Below, in pieces: positions 8,499 to 17,095 of a DNA stretch of 25,706 nt (position 1 is its first letter; each line of letters begins with the position of its first letter). Under the pieces are notes generated by a model. That model searched no databases, was not told the origin of the DNA, and saw nothing but the letters and a program-made list of their open reading frames with translations. Made by a program: the position numbers and the translations under genes. Origin of the DNA: an uncultured Dehalococcoidia bacterium (GTDB lineage Bacteria; Chloroflexota; Dehalococcoidia; Dehalococcoidales; UBA3254); the NCBI GenBank assembly GCA_903890885.1, contig CAITCX010000517.1, forward strand, positions 1-25,706. Reading direction: 5' to 3'.

Positions 8499-9302
8499 TT
8501 ACAAATTGGCTATAACCAGTTCTTTGAGTAATTTTTCTATCTCCCGTAGTATCGTTTCAAATGCCGGAAGCTGAAGAATTTGTTGTTCAAGTTCACTCGA
8601 CCAGTATTGTTTAAGTGTAGCGCTATCTTTCGGTAGAAAATCACTAATGCCTGTGAAAACGAGATTTTTATGGATTAGCTTTTTAGTTAGTACCTGACCC
8701 AACAGTTTGAAGTCCAATAGGGAGGCTTGCTCTTTAAGTAGTCGCCAGACATCATAATAGTCCCGTGCCTTGCCTCTCTCGAGCAAACTCCTGATTTTCT
8801 CAGCCAGTAACTCTTCAAGACGGTAGGCTAGTACGGACTCACCTTCAGATAAGAACGGTTGAGATAAAATGAGCCTTTGTTCAGGCTCAAGGCAAAGTGG
8901 TTCATCAAAACTCAGATCCATGAAAATCATACCTGGATATGCTAACGGACCGGTAAATTGTGCCCTGACACGGGCATATCCATTCGGTTTATGCAGCATT
9001 TTCGTGGTGAGTCTTATCTGAGATGTTCGCTCTAGCTGGAAGTACCATTCATCCATGGCATTCCGTAGTTCCTTCTCATTCATTTCCTGTTTAACGGTAA
9101 AATCCAGGTCTTCTGAATAGCGCCAGTCGGCAAAGTAAACCTTGCGTAAAGCGGTACCGCCTTTGAATACCAATAAGCTTTTAAGCGACGCCACCTGGGA
9201 GAGAGCCTTCAGTACCTCGGTGAGGACATAATCTTTCTCCAGAACACCCAGGCCTATCTTTTCCCGATTGGCCAGTCTTTGTAAATCTGTCCTCGAAATC
9301 AT
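8499..9302 (-). CDS. abiEii: AbiEii/AbiGii-family nucleotidyltransferase toxin (type IV TA)
   Basis: EKDYVLTEVL, VFKGGTALRKVYF...RYSEDLDF, LAEKIRSL, KARDYYDVW. Start at ATG 9302 overlaps the antitoxin stop (ATGA). Confidence 0.92.
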   Translation of the reverse strand: MISRTDLQRLANREKIGLGVLEKDYVLTEVLKALSQVASLKSLLVFKGGTALRKVYFADWRYSEDLDFTVKQEMNEKELRNAMDEWYFQLERTSQIRLTTKMLHKPNGYARVRAQFTGPLAYPGMIFMDLSFDEPLCLEPEQRLILSQPFLSEGESVLAYRLEELLAEKIRSLLERGKARDYYDVWRLLKEQASLLDFKLLGQVLTKKLIHKNLVFTGISDFLPKDSATLKQYWSSELEQQILQLPAFETILREIEKLLKELVIANL

Positions 9303-10123
9303 CGTTGATCCTTCCATTGTGACAATTCATTTTCTGGAAGATTCACAATTATCTTCCATCGCTCGATATGCTTGCCCTTGGGCTTAGAAAGAATATCCAG
9401 CGGGGTATATCGGGTACTCAGGTTACTCTGCAGGATCTTTATGGCTTTCTCGGCCCGGAATCCCAGGGATTCAATAAGATACCCCAGGCGTTGGCTGGCA
9501 GCCCGGTTGCCATTCCGCCTGGAATATTCAGCCAGTTTGGTAAAATCCAGATCCTCTCGCCCGTACCACAAGGCCTTGGCTACTTCTCCTATTCCTCCGC
9601 AGTAACGTATCTGGTCCAGGCAATCTACGATGGTTTTTTCGGGTTCTGAAATATTGATTTGGTAGTTATCGATAGTAATCTGCTTAATTCCGAAATATTT
9701 TCGCTCAGGCAATTTGACCATTTGATAGGTTACCCCGGAAATTATCAGAGAAGATTTCAGCTTACGTTTGGTAGAGGCTATATATACTTTGCGGCTAATC
9801 TGTTCGGTATAGCCGTAATAATTCAAGGCGCTGCGAAAACCTATATAATAGGGGTCGATTAGATAAGAGCCGATGATAAATTCATGCTCTGTCCATTCTC
9901 GCTCTCTGCCAGCTTCAAACGGTATTATCAGGTATTTACCCTTCTCAATACGTTGCAGCCAGCCACGTTTGACTAATGTTGACAATAATTCACGCAACCT
10001 GCGATTATCGCTGCCATATGCTTTGACAGCATCCTCGTAGATAAAAATACGTTTACCCTGGCGAGAGATCTGTGCTAACAGATCGCTTCCAGCCCCACCA
10101 AGTGTTCTGACGTTATATGACAT
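9299..10123 (-). CDS. abiEi: AbiEi-family antitoxin/transcriptional regulator (type IV TA)
   Basis: N-terminal wHTH (LSTLVKRGWLQRIEKGKYLI), YYIGFRSALNYYG and ISEPEKTIVDCLD. Lies upstream of, and coupled to, the AbiEii gene. Confidence 0.9.
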   Translation of the reverse strand: MSYNVRTLGGAGSDLLAQISRQGKRIFIYEDAVKAYGSDNRRLRELLSTLVKRGWLQRIEKGKYLIIPFEAGREREWTEHEFIIGSYLIDPYYIGFRSALNYYGYTEQISRKVYIASTKRKLKSSLIISGVTYQMVKLPERKYFGIKQITIDNYQINISEPEKTIVDCLDQIRYCGGIGEVAKALWYGREDLDFTKLAEYSRRNGNRAASQRLGYLIESLGFRAEKAIKILQSNLSTRYTPLDILSKPKGKHIERWKIIVNLPENELSQWKDQR

Positions 10124-10145
10124 TATTGTCGCCTCTTAGCCGACT

Positions 10146-10175
10146 ATTATAGCATAAAACGTCATTAAATGACAA
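10146..10175 (-). promoter_or_regulatory. Sigma70-type promoter of the abiE operon with overlapping inverted repeat
   Basis: Minus strand TTGTCA-N18-TATAAT with an extended TG. Palindrome GTCATT-A-AATGAC at 10161-10173 overlaps the -35/spacer. Confidence 0.7.
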
Positions 10176-10600
10176 CTGCCTTAAAGCCTTTCTTGGTTAA
10201 ACCTATTTGCTGTCGTCTCCTCTTTAGCTATTTGTACCGCCCCATGTCTGGTTGCCAGCCAGGATTGAGTTTCTGCTGCGGCAGGCTTATTTGGCCACCC
10301 CGCTGTTCTGCGCTGCCTTAGGCTGAGGGGTGTCAATGGTACGTTCCATCTGCTCTCCTTTACCCGGGCTGGTTCAATTAAACGTGATACAGCCTGATAT
10401 TTCCTTTTCCAGGAATAAGAAAAAGTTATACAAAAATGGATTCTGATTCTTTAAGTGCCTGAGGATATCCCGATGTTTTTGCATTAGTAACAAATATTAG
10501 AAGTGAACAAAGATGAACATTAACACAAGAACAAGATTTCGGACAATATCGCCATAGTAAACCGGTCTTTTTTTAGAGCGGGCTTTTTAGTTTTTGGAAT

Positions 10601-10632
10601 AAAATTAGAAAAGAGAGGACTTTGTGAGAATC
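10601..10632 (+). repeat. Dispersed GAGAGGA/GTGAGAA box element, copy 1 (degenerate, no TATAAT)
   Basis: GAGAGGA (10613) CTTT GTGAGAA (10624) T shares its core with copies at 13771, 20287 and 23298. Confidence 0.75.
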
Positions 10633-10650
10633 CCCCATTCCGCTTGTCAA

Positions 10651-12318
10651 TTATTTTATTATGATTTGTAACCCAATGTCGCAATCCCCTTTAGTACCAT
10701 TTACCCTCCCACCCGCCCAATAGCTACCCGCTTCTTCCTTGGAGAGTCCCGTTTGTCCATACGAATTCCCAAAGAATGTGTACCCGGAGTATATGCCCAG
10801 CATATCATGATTGTCTAAGAGAGAAGGGTTGTCCTCGTCCCATACTCCAACCTCCCAGTATAGGAAAGGCCCTGCCTCAGGTGTGTCGAAAATAACCTTC
10901 CATTCAGGCTGCCAGTTTTCCCCAATCACATCATTATCGCTCTTGCTGGTCGTGCCAGAACTGGGGAAGCGGCTAATGACCTCACCTAACACATTGCCGT
11001 TGAAAAAATCGGCAACCCGGGTCCAGACATATATTTCAGCATCGAAGGAATCCCCATTTTCGTAAATATCGATCGGGTTTAGTCTCACTTCGACGGGGCG
11101 GTTCAAGGCCTCTGTATAGAGTATTCGGTAGCTAAACACAGCATTTCTATTATGTGCCCAATATACCTTCCCAATATCTGGCCCCGCGCCCCAGTTTTCC
11201 TCACGGGTGTAGGTGTAGTCATAAACACCGATGAAATCGGCGGCCTGTTCCCGCATGCTTTTCAAGTAATTAGTTGGATCCTGATCAGGATTTGGGGCTA
11301 TGGACTGTCCATTGATTGAGAACCAGCTTGGAACATTCTCCACGGCCCATTCTTTCCAATTTTGAACGTCGTCATCGTCCCACGCCATCATAAATAAGCG
11401 AAGACCATCACCCATCTGGTCTTCGGGAAGACAAAAGATCGGGAGATTTACGCTTATTATGGTGCCGTTAGGCGCTTCGTGCCATTGCTTAACGGGAAAC
11501 CTCGCGTTTTGCACCTTGTCACCCGTGCTTGCGCCAGAAAATATCTCTATCTCGCCAGGCCCTCCACTGTCCGAGTTGTCCAGAATCTGCACGGAATCAA
11601 GGAAAACCGCTATATACTTGTTAGGATCTGGAGGAAGCGTCTCTGTCGTTCTTGTCGGTGATATCATCGGAAGGGAAGGATTCAGCAATCCCGTATTTGG
11701 AAGAGATGTTACCTTGGGGGACACAGTCGATGGTGCAATCAGCGGTCCGGGAAGAGATGTTGACCTGGAGGATGCTGTCGAGCGAGTGGTAAGTGGGATT
11801 GAGGACGTTGCCTCTGGAGGTACCCCCGGTAGTGCAGTTACCAGTCCAGTGGGAGGTGGTACCCTGGAGGATGCCGTTGAGCGTGTCGTTAACGGCCTTG
11901 AGGCAGTTCCCTCAGGGGCCGTAATCGACGGTTCTATTAACGAACCCGGGAGAGTTGTTGCCCTGGGAAGTGCCGTCGAGCGGGTGGTTAGTGGGGTTGA
12001 TGAGGTTGACGCAGGGGACTCTGCCGGTAGTACAGTTACCATTCCCGTGAGAGGTGGTACCCTGGAGATCGCAGTCGGACGTGTTATTAAAGGGCTCGCA
12101 GGTGTTGCATCGAGGGATTCCACTGGCGTTAGCTGCTGACTGCTGGGACTGGATTGGGCCGGCCGTATAGGAACCTTGAGATTCGGCGGCGCCCCGCGTA
12201 GTGTATCGTTTTCCGTTCCCGGTCCCAGTGGGCCAGTTGCGCAGGCCATAGGGACTGCCAACAAAAATAAAAACAACAAGACACAAAGTATTCCTGTTGG
12301 AAATCCTTTACTTTTCAT
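10651..12318 (-). CDS. Secreted protein: signal peptide, Ser/Thr/Pro-rich repeat stalk, two putative C2-like acidic beta-sandwich domains
   Basis: Start at ATG 12318 (MKSKGFPTGILCVLLFLFLLAVPMACA). Four 33-aa PLTTRSTA repeats. Two C-terminal segments have the pattern DxxDxxxxGE/AEI...(A/V)WD(D/E)D. The C2 call is inference. Confidence 0.75.
   Translation of the reverse strand: MKSKGFPTGILCVLLFLFLLAVPMACATGPLGPGTENDTLRGAPPNLKVPIRPAQSSPSSQQLTPVESLDATPASPLITRPTAISRVPPLTGMVTVLPAESPASTSSTPLTTRSTALPRATTLPGSLIEPSITAPEGTASRPLTTRSTASSRVPPPTGLVTALPGVPPEATSSIPLTTRSTASSRSTSLPGPLIAPSTVSPKVTSLPNTGLLNPSLPMISPTRTTETLPPDPNKYIAVFLDSVQILDNSDSGGPGEIEIFSGASTGDKVQNARFPVKQWHEAPNGTIISVNLPIFCLPEDQMGDGLRLFMMAWDDDDVQNWKEWAVENVPSWFSINGQSIAPNPDQDPTNYLKSMREQAADFIGVYDYTYTREENWGAGPDIGKVYWAHNRNAVFSYRILYTEALNRPVEVRLNPIDIYENGDSFDAEIYVWTRVADFFNGNVLGEVISRFPSSGTTSKSDNDVIGENWQPEWKVIFDTPEAGPFLYWEVGVWDEDNPSLLDNHDMLGIYSGYTFFGNSYGQTGLSKEEAGSYWAGGRVNGTKGDCDIGLQIIIK
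11698..12093 (-). repeat. Intragenic 99-bp repeat x4 in A-B-A-B order
   Basis: Units begin PLITRPTAISRVPP, PLTTRSTALPRATT, PLTTRSTASSRVPP and PLTTRSTASSRSTS; each is 33 aa. Confidence 0.85.
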
Positions 12319-12522
12319 AGGCACCCCCTTATTATTTACCACTATATACCATTTTAGGCAACCGCGATGGGGTGCGTTACATTTTATCCCTTAGTAACTT
12401 TGAACAATTCTCTGCACAGTTTTACAAAAACCAGGGGGACGATGTGTTTGAAGTGAACATGCATAATTTAAAAATGCTGTATAATTGCCTTAATAAAGGA
12501 ATTTATCCTTGTGCCTATCAAC

Positions 12523-12566
12523 TTGACAATTCCCTGATCGCAGTATAATATACTGCTATCGCAGTA
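12523..12566 (+). promoter_or_regulatory. Promoter/operator of the MNT-HEPN operon
   Basis: TTGACA (12523) and TATAAT (12544), with a short 15-nt spacer. Palindrome TACTGC-N4-GCAGTA at 12551-12566; ATCGCAGTA occurs twice (12537, 12558). Confidence 0.6.
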
Positions 12567-12575
12567 AATAATACT

Positions 12576-13175
12576 ATGTATAACGATTTATTACCGGCTT
12601 TATTGGGGTCTAAGCTAAGAGCAAAAGTGCTCGGATGGCTGTTCATCCACATCGATGAGCGTTATTTTGTCCGGCAGCTTACGGCTTTACTTGGTTTGGA
12701 TTCTACCAATTTAAGCCGTGAGCTCGCGCGCCTGGAAAAACTGGGTCTGTTAGTCTCTACCACTTCAGGTAAACAAAAATATTACCAGGCTAACCCCAGG
12801 AGCCCTATCTTTAATGAACTGCACAACCTCATGGTAAAGACAGCCGGAGTGGTAGATATCTTGCGTTCTGCCTTGAATCCAGCCGACCGGCAGATAAATT
12901 TGGCTTTTATTTTTGGGTCTGTTGCTAACAGGACAGAAGACAGGGCCAGTGATATCGATATTATGATAATCGGTGATATCACGTTTGACGATGTTGTTAG
13001 CCTCTTGAATTCGGCTGAGAAAACCCTGGGCCGGGAAGTTAATTCTGTTGTTTATCCACTTGAAGAGTTTCAATTGAAAGTTAAGAGTGACCATCACTTC
13101 GTTAACTCGGTACTTGAAGGGGAAAAGATCTTTTTAATCGGAGATGAGAATGAGCTTAACCGACTTAGCCGGTGA
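12576..13175 (+). CDS. HTH-fused minimal nucleotidyltransferase (MNT) antitoxin
   Basis: N-terminal wHTH (YFVRQLTALLGLDSTNLSRELARLEKLGLL). MNT motif FIFGSVANRTEDRASDIDIMIIG (GS...DxD). Confidence 0.88.
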   Translation: MYNDLLPALLGSKLRAKVLGWLFIHIDERYFVRQLTALLGLDSTNLSRELARLEKLGLLVSTTSGKQKYYQANPRSPIFNELHNLMVKTAGVVDILRSALNPADRQINLAFIFGSVANRTEDRASDIDIMIIGDITFDDVVSLLNSAEKTLGREVNSVVYPLEEFQLKVKSDHHFVNSVLEGEKIFLIGDENELNRLSR

Positions 13176-13587
13176 AGGTAAATTCAAAGCTCATAAAACA
13201 AGTAAGTCTGAAATCACGCAGTTGTTGGCGGTTTTTGACAGAGACCTGGCGGATGCCCAAATATCCAACCTCAGTACTGACAGGCGTTTTATCATGGCTT
13301 ATAGTGCTGCGCTAACCATGGGTATTGCCGCGCTGGCTGCCAGTGGCTATCGCGCTGGCAGTGAGGGTCATCATTATTGGACTATTCAGTCATTGGCTTT
13401 TACTCTGGGAACAGATCCGAGGACCGTAGAGAAATTGAACAAGTTCCGCCACAAGCGTAATATCGCTGATTATGAAAGAATTGGCATGGCTTCTGGGCAA
13501 GAAGTGAGTGAAATGTTAGACCTGGCAAAAAGATTGCGGCTGGATTTAGTAGAATGGTTAAAAATCCACCATCCCGAATTGACATAA
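13150..13587 (+). CDS. HEPN-like toxin partner
   Basis: Overlaps the MNT stop. About 145 aa, helical, with AY..AL, GHH and RHKRNIADY (RN-x3-Y variant of the HEPN Rx4-6H site). Confidence 0.75.
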   Translation: MSLTDLAGEGKFKAHKTSKSEITQLLAVFDRDLADAQISNLSTDRRFIMAYSAALTMGIAALAASGYRAGSEGHHYWTIQSLAFTLGTDPRTVEKLNKFRHKRNIADYERIGMASGQEVSEMLDLAKRLRLDLVEWLKIHHPELT

Positions 13588-13745
13588 TATCTGCCTTATT
13601 TATTCCAAAATCAAGCCGTGTTTCTAGTATAAATTGAGCCTCCCCAACCTCCCCGACTGGCATTTGTTTGTTCCTTACCTCCTGTAATTCTTCAGCTTGA
13701 AGACGTTTTTATCCACTTGCGCCCTGAATTGTGAAATATTCAGAA

Positions 13746-13802
13746 AAAAAGCCCCAAATGTGAGAAAAAAGAGAGGACTTAGTGAGAATTGGAGTGTATA
13801 AT
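13746..13802 (+). promoter_or_regulatory. Dispersed box element, copy 2: three 11-bp-phased boxes plus TATAAT
   Basis: GTGAGAA (13760), GAGAGGA (13771), GTGAGAA (13782), 8-nt spacer, TATAAT (13797). Upstream AAAAAGCCCC is shared with copy 4. Confidence 0.75.
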
Positions 13803-13847
13803 ATATATGTCAGGATAACTGACACTTCTCTTACCTCCCTCCACAAG

Positions 13848-13886
13848 CTTCAGCCCGACCTGGCACAGGTCGGGCTGAAGACTTTT
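13848..13886. terminator. Strong hairpin, probable intrinsic terminator
   Basis: Perfect 15-bp stem CTTCAGCCCGACCTG / CAGGTCGGGCTGAAG with a GCA loop, followed by ACTTTT on the + strand. Lies about 120 nt past the convergent ABC permease stop. Confidence 0.75.
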
Positions 13887-13999
13887 AAATGGGTTAAATC
13901 CAAAAACCATCACAGCCGGATGCCCCCACCATGAAGGTTATTCAATTTCTTCTTCAGTGGAACCCCTTTTCGGGTTGCACAGCCCCTCCTGGTTCTTAT

Positions 14000-15118
14000 T
14001 TAAGCCGTAGTTTTATTTAAGCGGGAGGCGGCGAAAATCAAAGTTGCTACAGCCAGACCTGCCAGAATTCCAGTGTCTGTCCATAAAAACTGCATATTCA
14101 CTCCCTTAACCACGATGCCCCGTAAAATACGCAGGAAATAGGTCAGGGGCAACACTGCTGAAACCCATTGTATTACTTTGGGCATAGAATCTATAGGAAA
14201 AATAAAACCACTAAGCATAATATTAGGCAGAAGGACCATTACGCTCAATTGCATGGCCTGGAACTGGGTGCGTGAAACTGTGGAGATAAGAATTCCAATT
14301 CCCAGTGAAAACAAAACAAAAACGAAGGACAGGGCCAATAAGAGCAGCAAGCTTCCTTTAATCGTTAGACCGAAAATCAGCATGGAACCGCCGATAACTA
14401 ATAATATTTGTAAGTAAGCCACGAAGATGTACGGGATAATTTTGGCAATGATAAGTTCTCCCCGGCTTAAAGGAGTGACATTTAGCTGTTCTATAGTTCC
14501 CGTCTCTCGTTCCCTGACAATCGCAAAAGCAGTGAGCATAACAATGAGAAACTGTACGATGACGCCTACTACCCCCGGAAGATAAAATATGGAGCTTTTA
14601 AGATCCGGGTTATATAACACCTGGGGTTGAATCGTAAGTGGTGTATAAACCCCATTCTTTCCCCTTGATTGAGAGGCTAATGAGACCCCTTTGGCCTGGG
14701 TTATCAGGCTGGCATTAGAAAGTGCCTGGGTCCCCTTGGCAGATTCGGAGCCGTCAATATAAAACTGCACAGCCGCCGTTTTACCGGCCTGTAGGTTGGT
14801 AGCGAAATCCGCAGGTATAACCAGGGCAGCGGAAATAGAGCTCGCGTCCATCAAATTGTAGATATCCTGGTAACTGGTGGCATAATATTTAAGGGCAAAC
14901 AGGTCCTGGTTGCTAAAGCTCTGGATGAGTTCTCTGCTTTCAGTGGAACGGCTGTTATCCCACACTGCCAGAGAGATATTTTTGATGTCTGAACTCAAAG
15001 CATAACCAAAAAGAATAAGCTGGATCAGGGGTATAACTACCACCATGGCCAGGGTGCGGCGGTCGCGGCGAAGTTGAATGAATTCCTTTATACAAATGGC
15101 CAAAATACGCTGCAGCAT
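14000..15118 (-). CDS. ABC-2 type transporter permease (YbhR/YbhS-like)
   Basis: KEFIQLRRDRRTL, IVRERETGTIEQLNVTPL, LSGFIFPIDSMP, LPLTYFLRILRGI; multiple TM helices. Confidence 0.93.
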   Translation of the reverse strand: MLQRILAICIKEFIQLRRDRRTLAMVVVIPLIQLILFGYALSSDIKNISLAVWDNSRSTESRELIQSFSNQDLFALKYYATSYQDIYNLMDASSISAALVIPADFATNLQAGKTAAVQFYIDGSESAKGTQALSNASLITQAKGVSLASQSRGKNGVYTPLTIQPQVLYNPDLKSSIFYLPGVVGVIVQFLIVMLTAFAIVRERETGTIEQLNVTPLSRGELIIAKIIPYIFVAYLQILLVIGGSMLIFGLTIKGSLLLLLALSFVFVLFSLGIGILISTVSRTQFQAMQLSVMVLLPNIMLSGFIFPIDSMPKVIQWVSAVLPLTYFLRILRGIVVKGVNMQFLWTDTGILAGLAVATLIFAASRLNKTTA

Positions 15119-15121
15119 GGC

Positions 15122-17074
15122 TCACACTCCTTTTGTTTTTAAAGAACCGGCCTGGTTTTCTTGGGTTTCGATCAATGACACGAACACATCTTCTATCGTA
15201 AAAGGGATTGGCGTAATATTTTGGATCAAAACACCCTGGTTTTCTAATAAGGTACGAATATCCTGGAAGTCGGGTTGTTCTTCATCCACTATCAAATGTA
15301 TGGTGCTGCCGAAAAATCCCACTTGATGGTAAACCGGTTGAGTTGAGAGTAATTCCACGGCTTTGGTCAGGTCCGAGCACTTTATTTCTATTAGCTTGCC
15401 TTTAATCTGTTCTGTTTTTAGTTGGGATGGACTCCCGGTGGCAATTAATTTCCCTCGATGCATTAACCCCAGACGGTGGCAGTGTTCTGCTTCATCCATA
15501 TAATGGGTGCTGACCAGAATAGTTGTACCCTGGATGGCTAGTTCCTGGATGAGATCCCAGAAAAACCGCCTGGATAATGGGTCGACTCCGGCAGTGGGTT
15601 CATCGAGCAATATCACCTGAGGTCGATGTATAATGGCACATCCCAGGGCTAATCTTTGCTTCCAACCGCCGGATAAGTCCCGTGAAAGCAATTTTTCTTT
15701 ACCCTGCAGGCCGGCCATCTGCAGTACCCAGTTCCTCCTCTCATTCAATAGAGGCCCGGAAAGTGAATATAGACCGCCGTAGAAGTTGATGTTCTCAGCT
15801 ACAGTCAAATCCGGGAAAAGAGAAAACTTCTGTGACATATAACCAATTTTTGTCCGAAAGGTATTGGAAACTGTCATCATGTCCTGTCCCAGGACGTCAG
15901 CCTCGCCGGAAGTGGGTTTTAATAGTCCGCAGAGCATACGGATTGTGGTAGTTTTACCTGACCCGTTAGGCCCTAAAAATCCAAAAATTTCACCCCGTTT
16001 AACGGCAAAACTAACCTGGTCTACGGCTGTGAAATGGCCGAATTTGCGGGTCAAACTCGAGACCTGGATAACCTTCCCTTGTGGATCAGCGGACTTATTT
16101 TGTGCCGCTTTAGCGCTTTCTGTTGATAGAACTAGCGGAGCAACGGGTGCTTTTGATCCATCCAGTAAGTTGATGAAAACATCTTCAAGACCTGGAGCAA
16201 TGGGTCTGGCATCCTCAAGCGTTAATCCCTCTTCCTTAAGCAAAACAGGGATTTCTGATAACCTTTTTCCGGCATTGTCTACCAGGAGATGAATCGCATC
16301 ACCGAAAATTTGAGCGCTGGTTATCCAGGCGGTTTTGCGCAGCAAAGCCAGCGCCTTTTCCGGCAGGTCAGTCTTGATTTGTATTAATTCTCCGGGAAGT
16401 TGAGATTTTAATTTTTCAGGAGAATTGCAGGCAATTATCTTTCCCTCGTGCATTAACGCCACCCGGTTAAATCTTTCTGCTTCGTCCAGATAAGGGGTGG
16501 AAACAAAAACGGTGATTCCTTGCGCTACAAAACGCGATACTATCAGCCAAAAATCCCGTCGTGATACAGGATCAACACCGTTGGTAGGCTCATCCATGAA
16601 GACTATCTCGGGCTTATGAATCAAACAGCAGCATAATGCCAACTTTTTCTGCATACCGCCGGATAATTGTTCAGCCAGCCTGTTTCGGAACGGCTCCAGG
16701 CGGCTGAATTCAAGCAATTCTTTCTTTCGCTCTCGAGCTTGTACCCGGGGAACAAGGCGCAGACGGGCAAAAAAATCCAGGTTCTCTTCAACTGTCAAAG
16801 TAGAATACAGGCTAAATCGCTCGGACATATAGCCGATCCTGGGTTTGATATATGCAGCCTGTTTCAAGGTGTCCAGGCCCATTATGGCCACCGTTCCGGC
16901 CGAAGGGCGCTCCAGCATACATAACATTTTGATACTGGTCGTTTTCCCGGCTCCATCCGCTCCCACTAAGCCAAAGATATCCCCCTTTTTTACAGTGAGG
17001 TCTATGCCTGCTACAGCGATTGTATCCTTATATCTTTTTTGCAGATTATTAACTTCGATTGCCGCCGCTTCCAT
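15122..17074 (-). CDS. ABC transporter ATP-binding protein with two NBDs (YbhF-like)
   Basis: Walker A GADGAGKTT and GPNGSGKTT; signatures LSGGMQ and LSGGWK; Walker B FMDEP and LLDEP. Confidence 0.95.
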   Translation of the reverse strand: MEAAAIEVNNLQKRYKDTIAVAGIDLTVKKGDIFGLVGADGAGKTTSIKMLCMLERPSAGTVAIMGLDTLKQAAYIKPRIGYMSERFSLYSTLTVEENLDFFARLRLVPRVQARERKKELLEFSRLEPFRNRLAEQLSGGMQKKLALCCCLIHKPEIVFMDEPTNGVDPVSRRDFWLIVSRFVAQGITVFVSTPYLDEAERFNRVALMHEGKIIACNSPEKLKSQLPGELIQIKTDLPEKALALLRKTAWITSAQIFGDAIHLLVDNAGKRLSEIPVLLKEEGLTLEDARPIAPGLEDVFINLLDGSKAPVAPLVLSTESAKAAQNKSADPQGKVIQVSSLTRKFGHFTAVDQVSFAVKRGEIFGFLGPNGSGKTTTIRMLCGLLKPTSGEADVLGQDMMTVSNTFRTKIGYMSQKFSLFPDLTVAENINFYGGLYSLSGPLLNERRNWVLQMAGLQGKEKLLSRDLSGGWKQRLALGCAIIHRPQVILLDEPTAGVDPLSRRFFWDLIQELAIQGTTILVSTHYMDEAEHCHRLGLMHRGKLIATGSPSQLKTEQIKGKLIEIKCSDLTKAVELLSTQPVYHQVGFFGSTIHLIVDEEQPDFQDIRTLLENQGVLIQNITPIPFTIEDVFVSLIETQENQAGSLKTKGV

Positions 17075-17095
17075 CAGTCTTTCCTTGGCATTATT

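Noticed and set aside
10170-10350. Four-helix-bundle gene remnant (AAAETQSWL on the minus strand after an SD and ATG)
   Set aside because: The motif is out of frame with the ATG, is too short to support a call, and is surrounded by stops.
13400-13663. 87-aa minus-strand ORF with a good SD (AGGAGGT)
   Set aside because: Most of it is antisense to the HEPN gene and it has no motif; possibly the stub of a gene displaced by the TA insertion.
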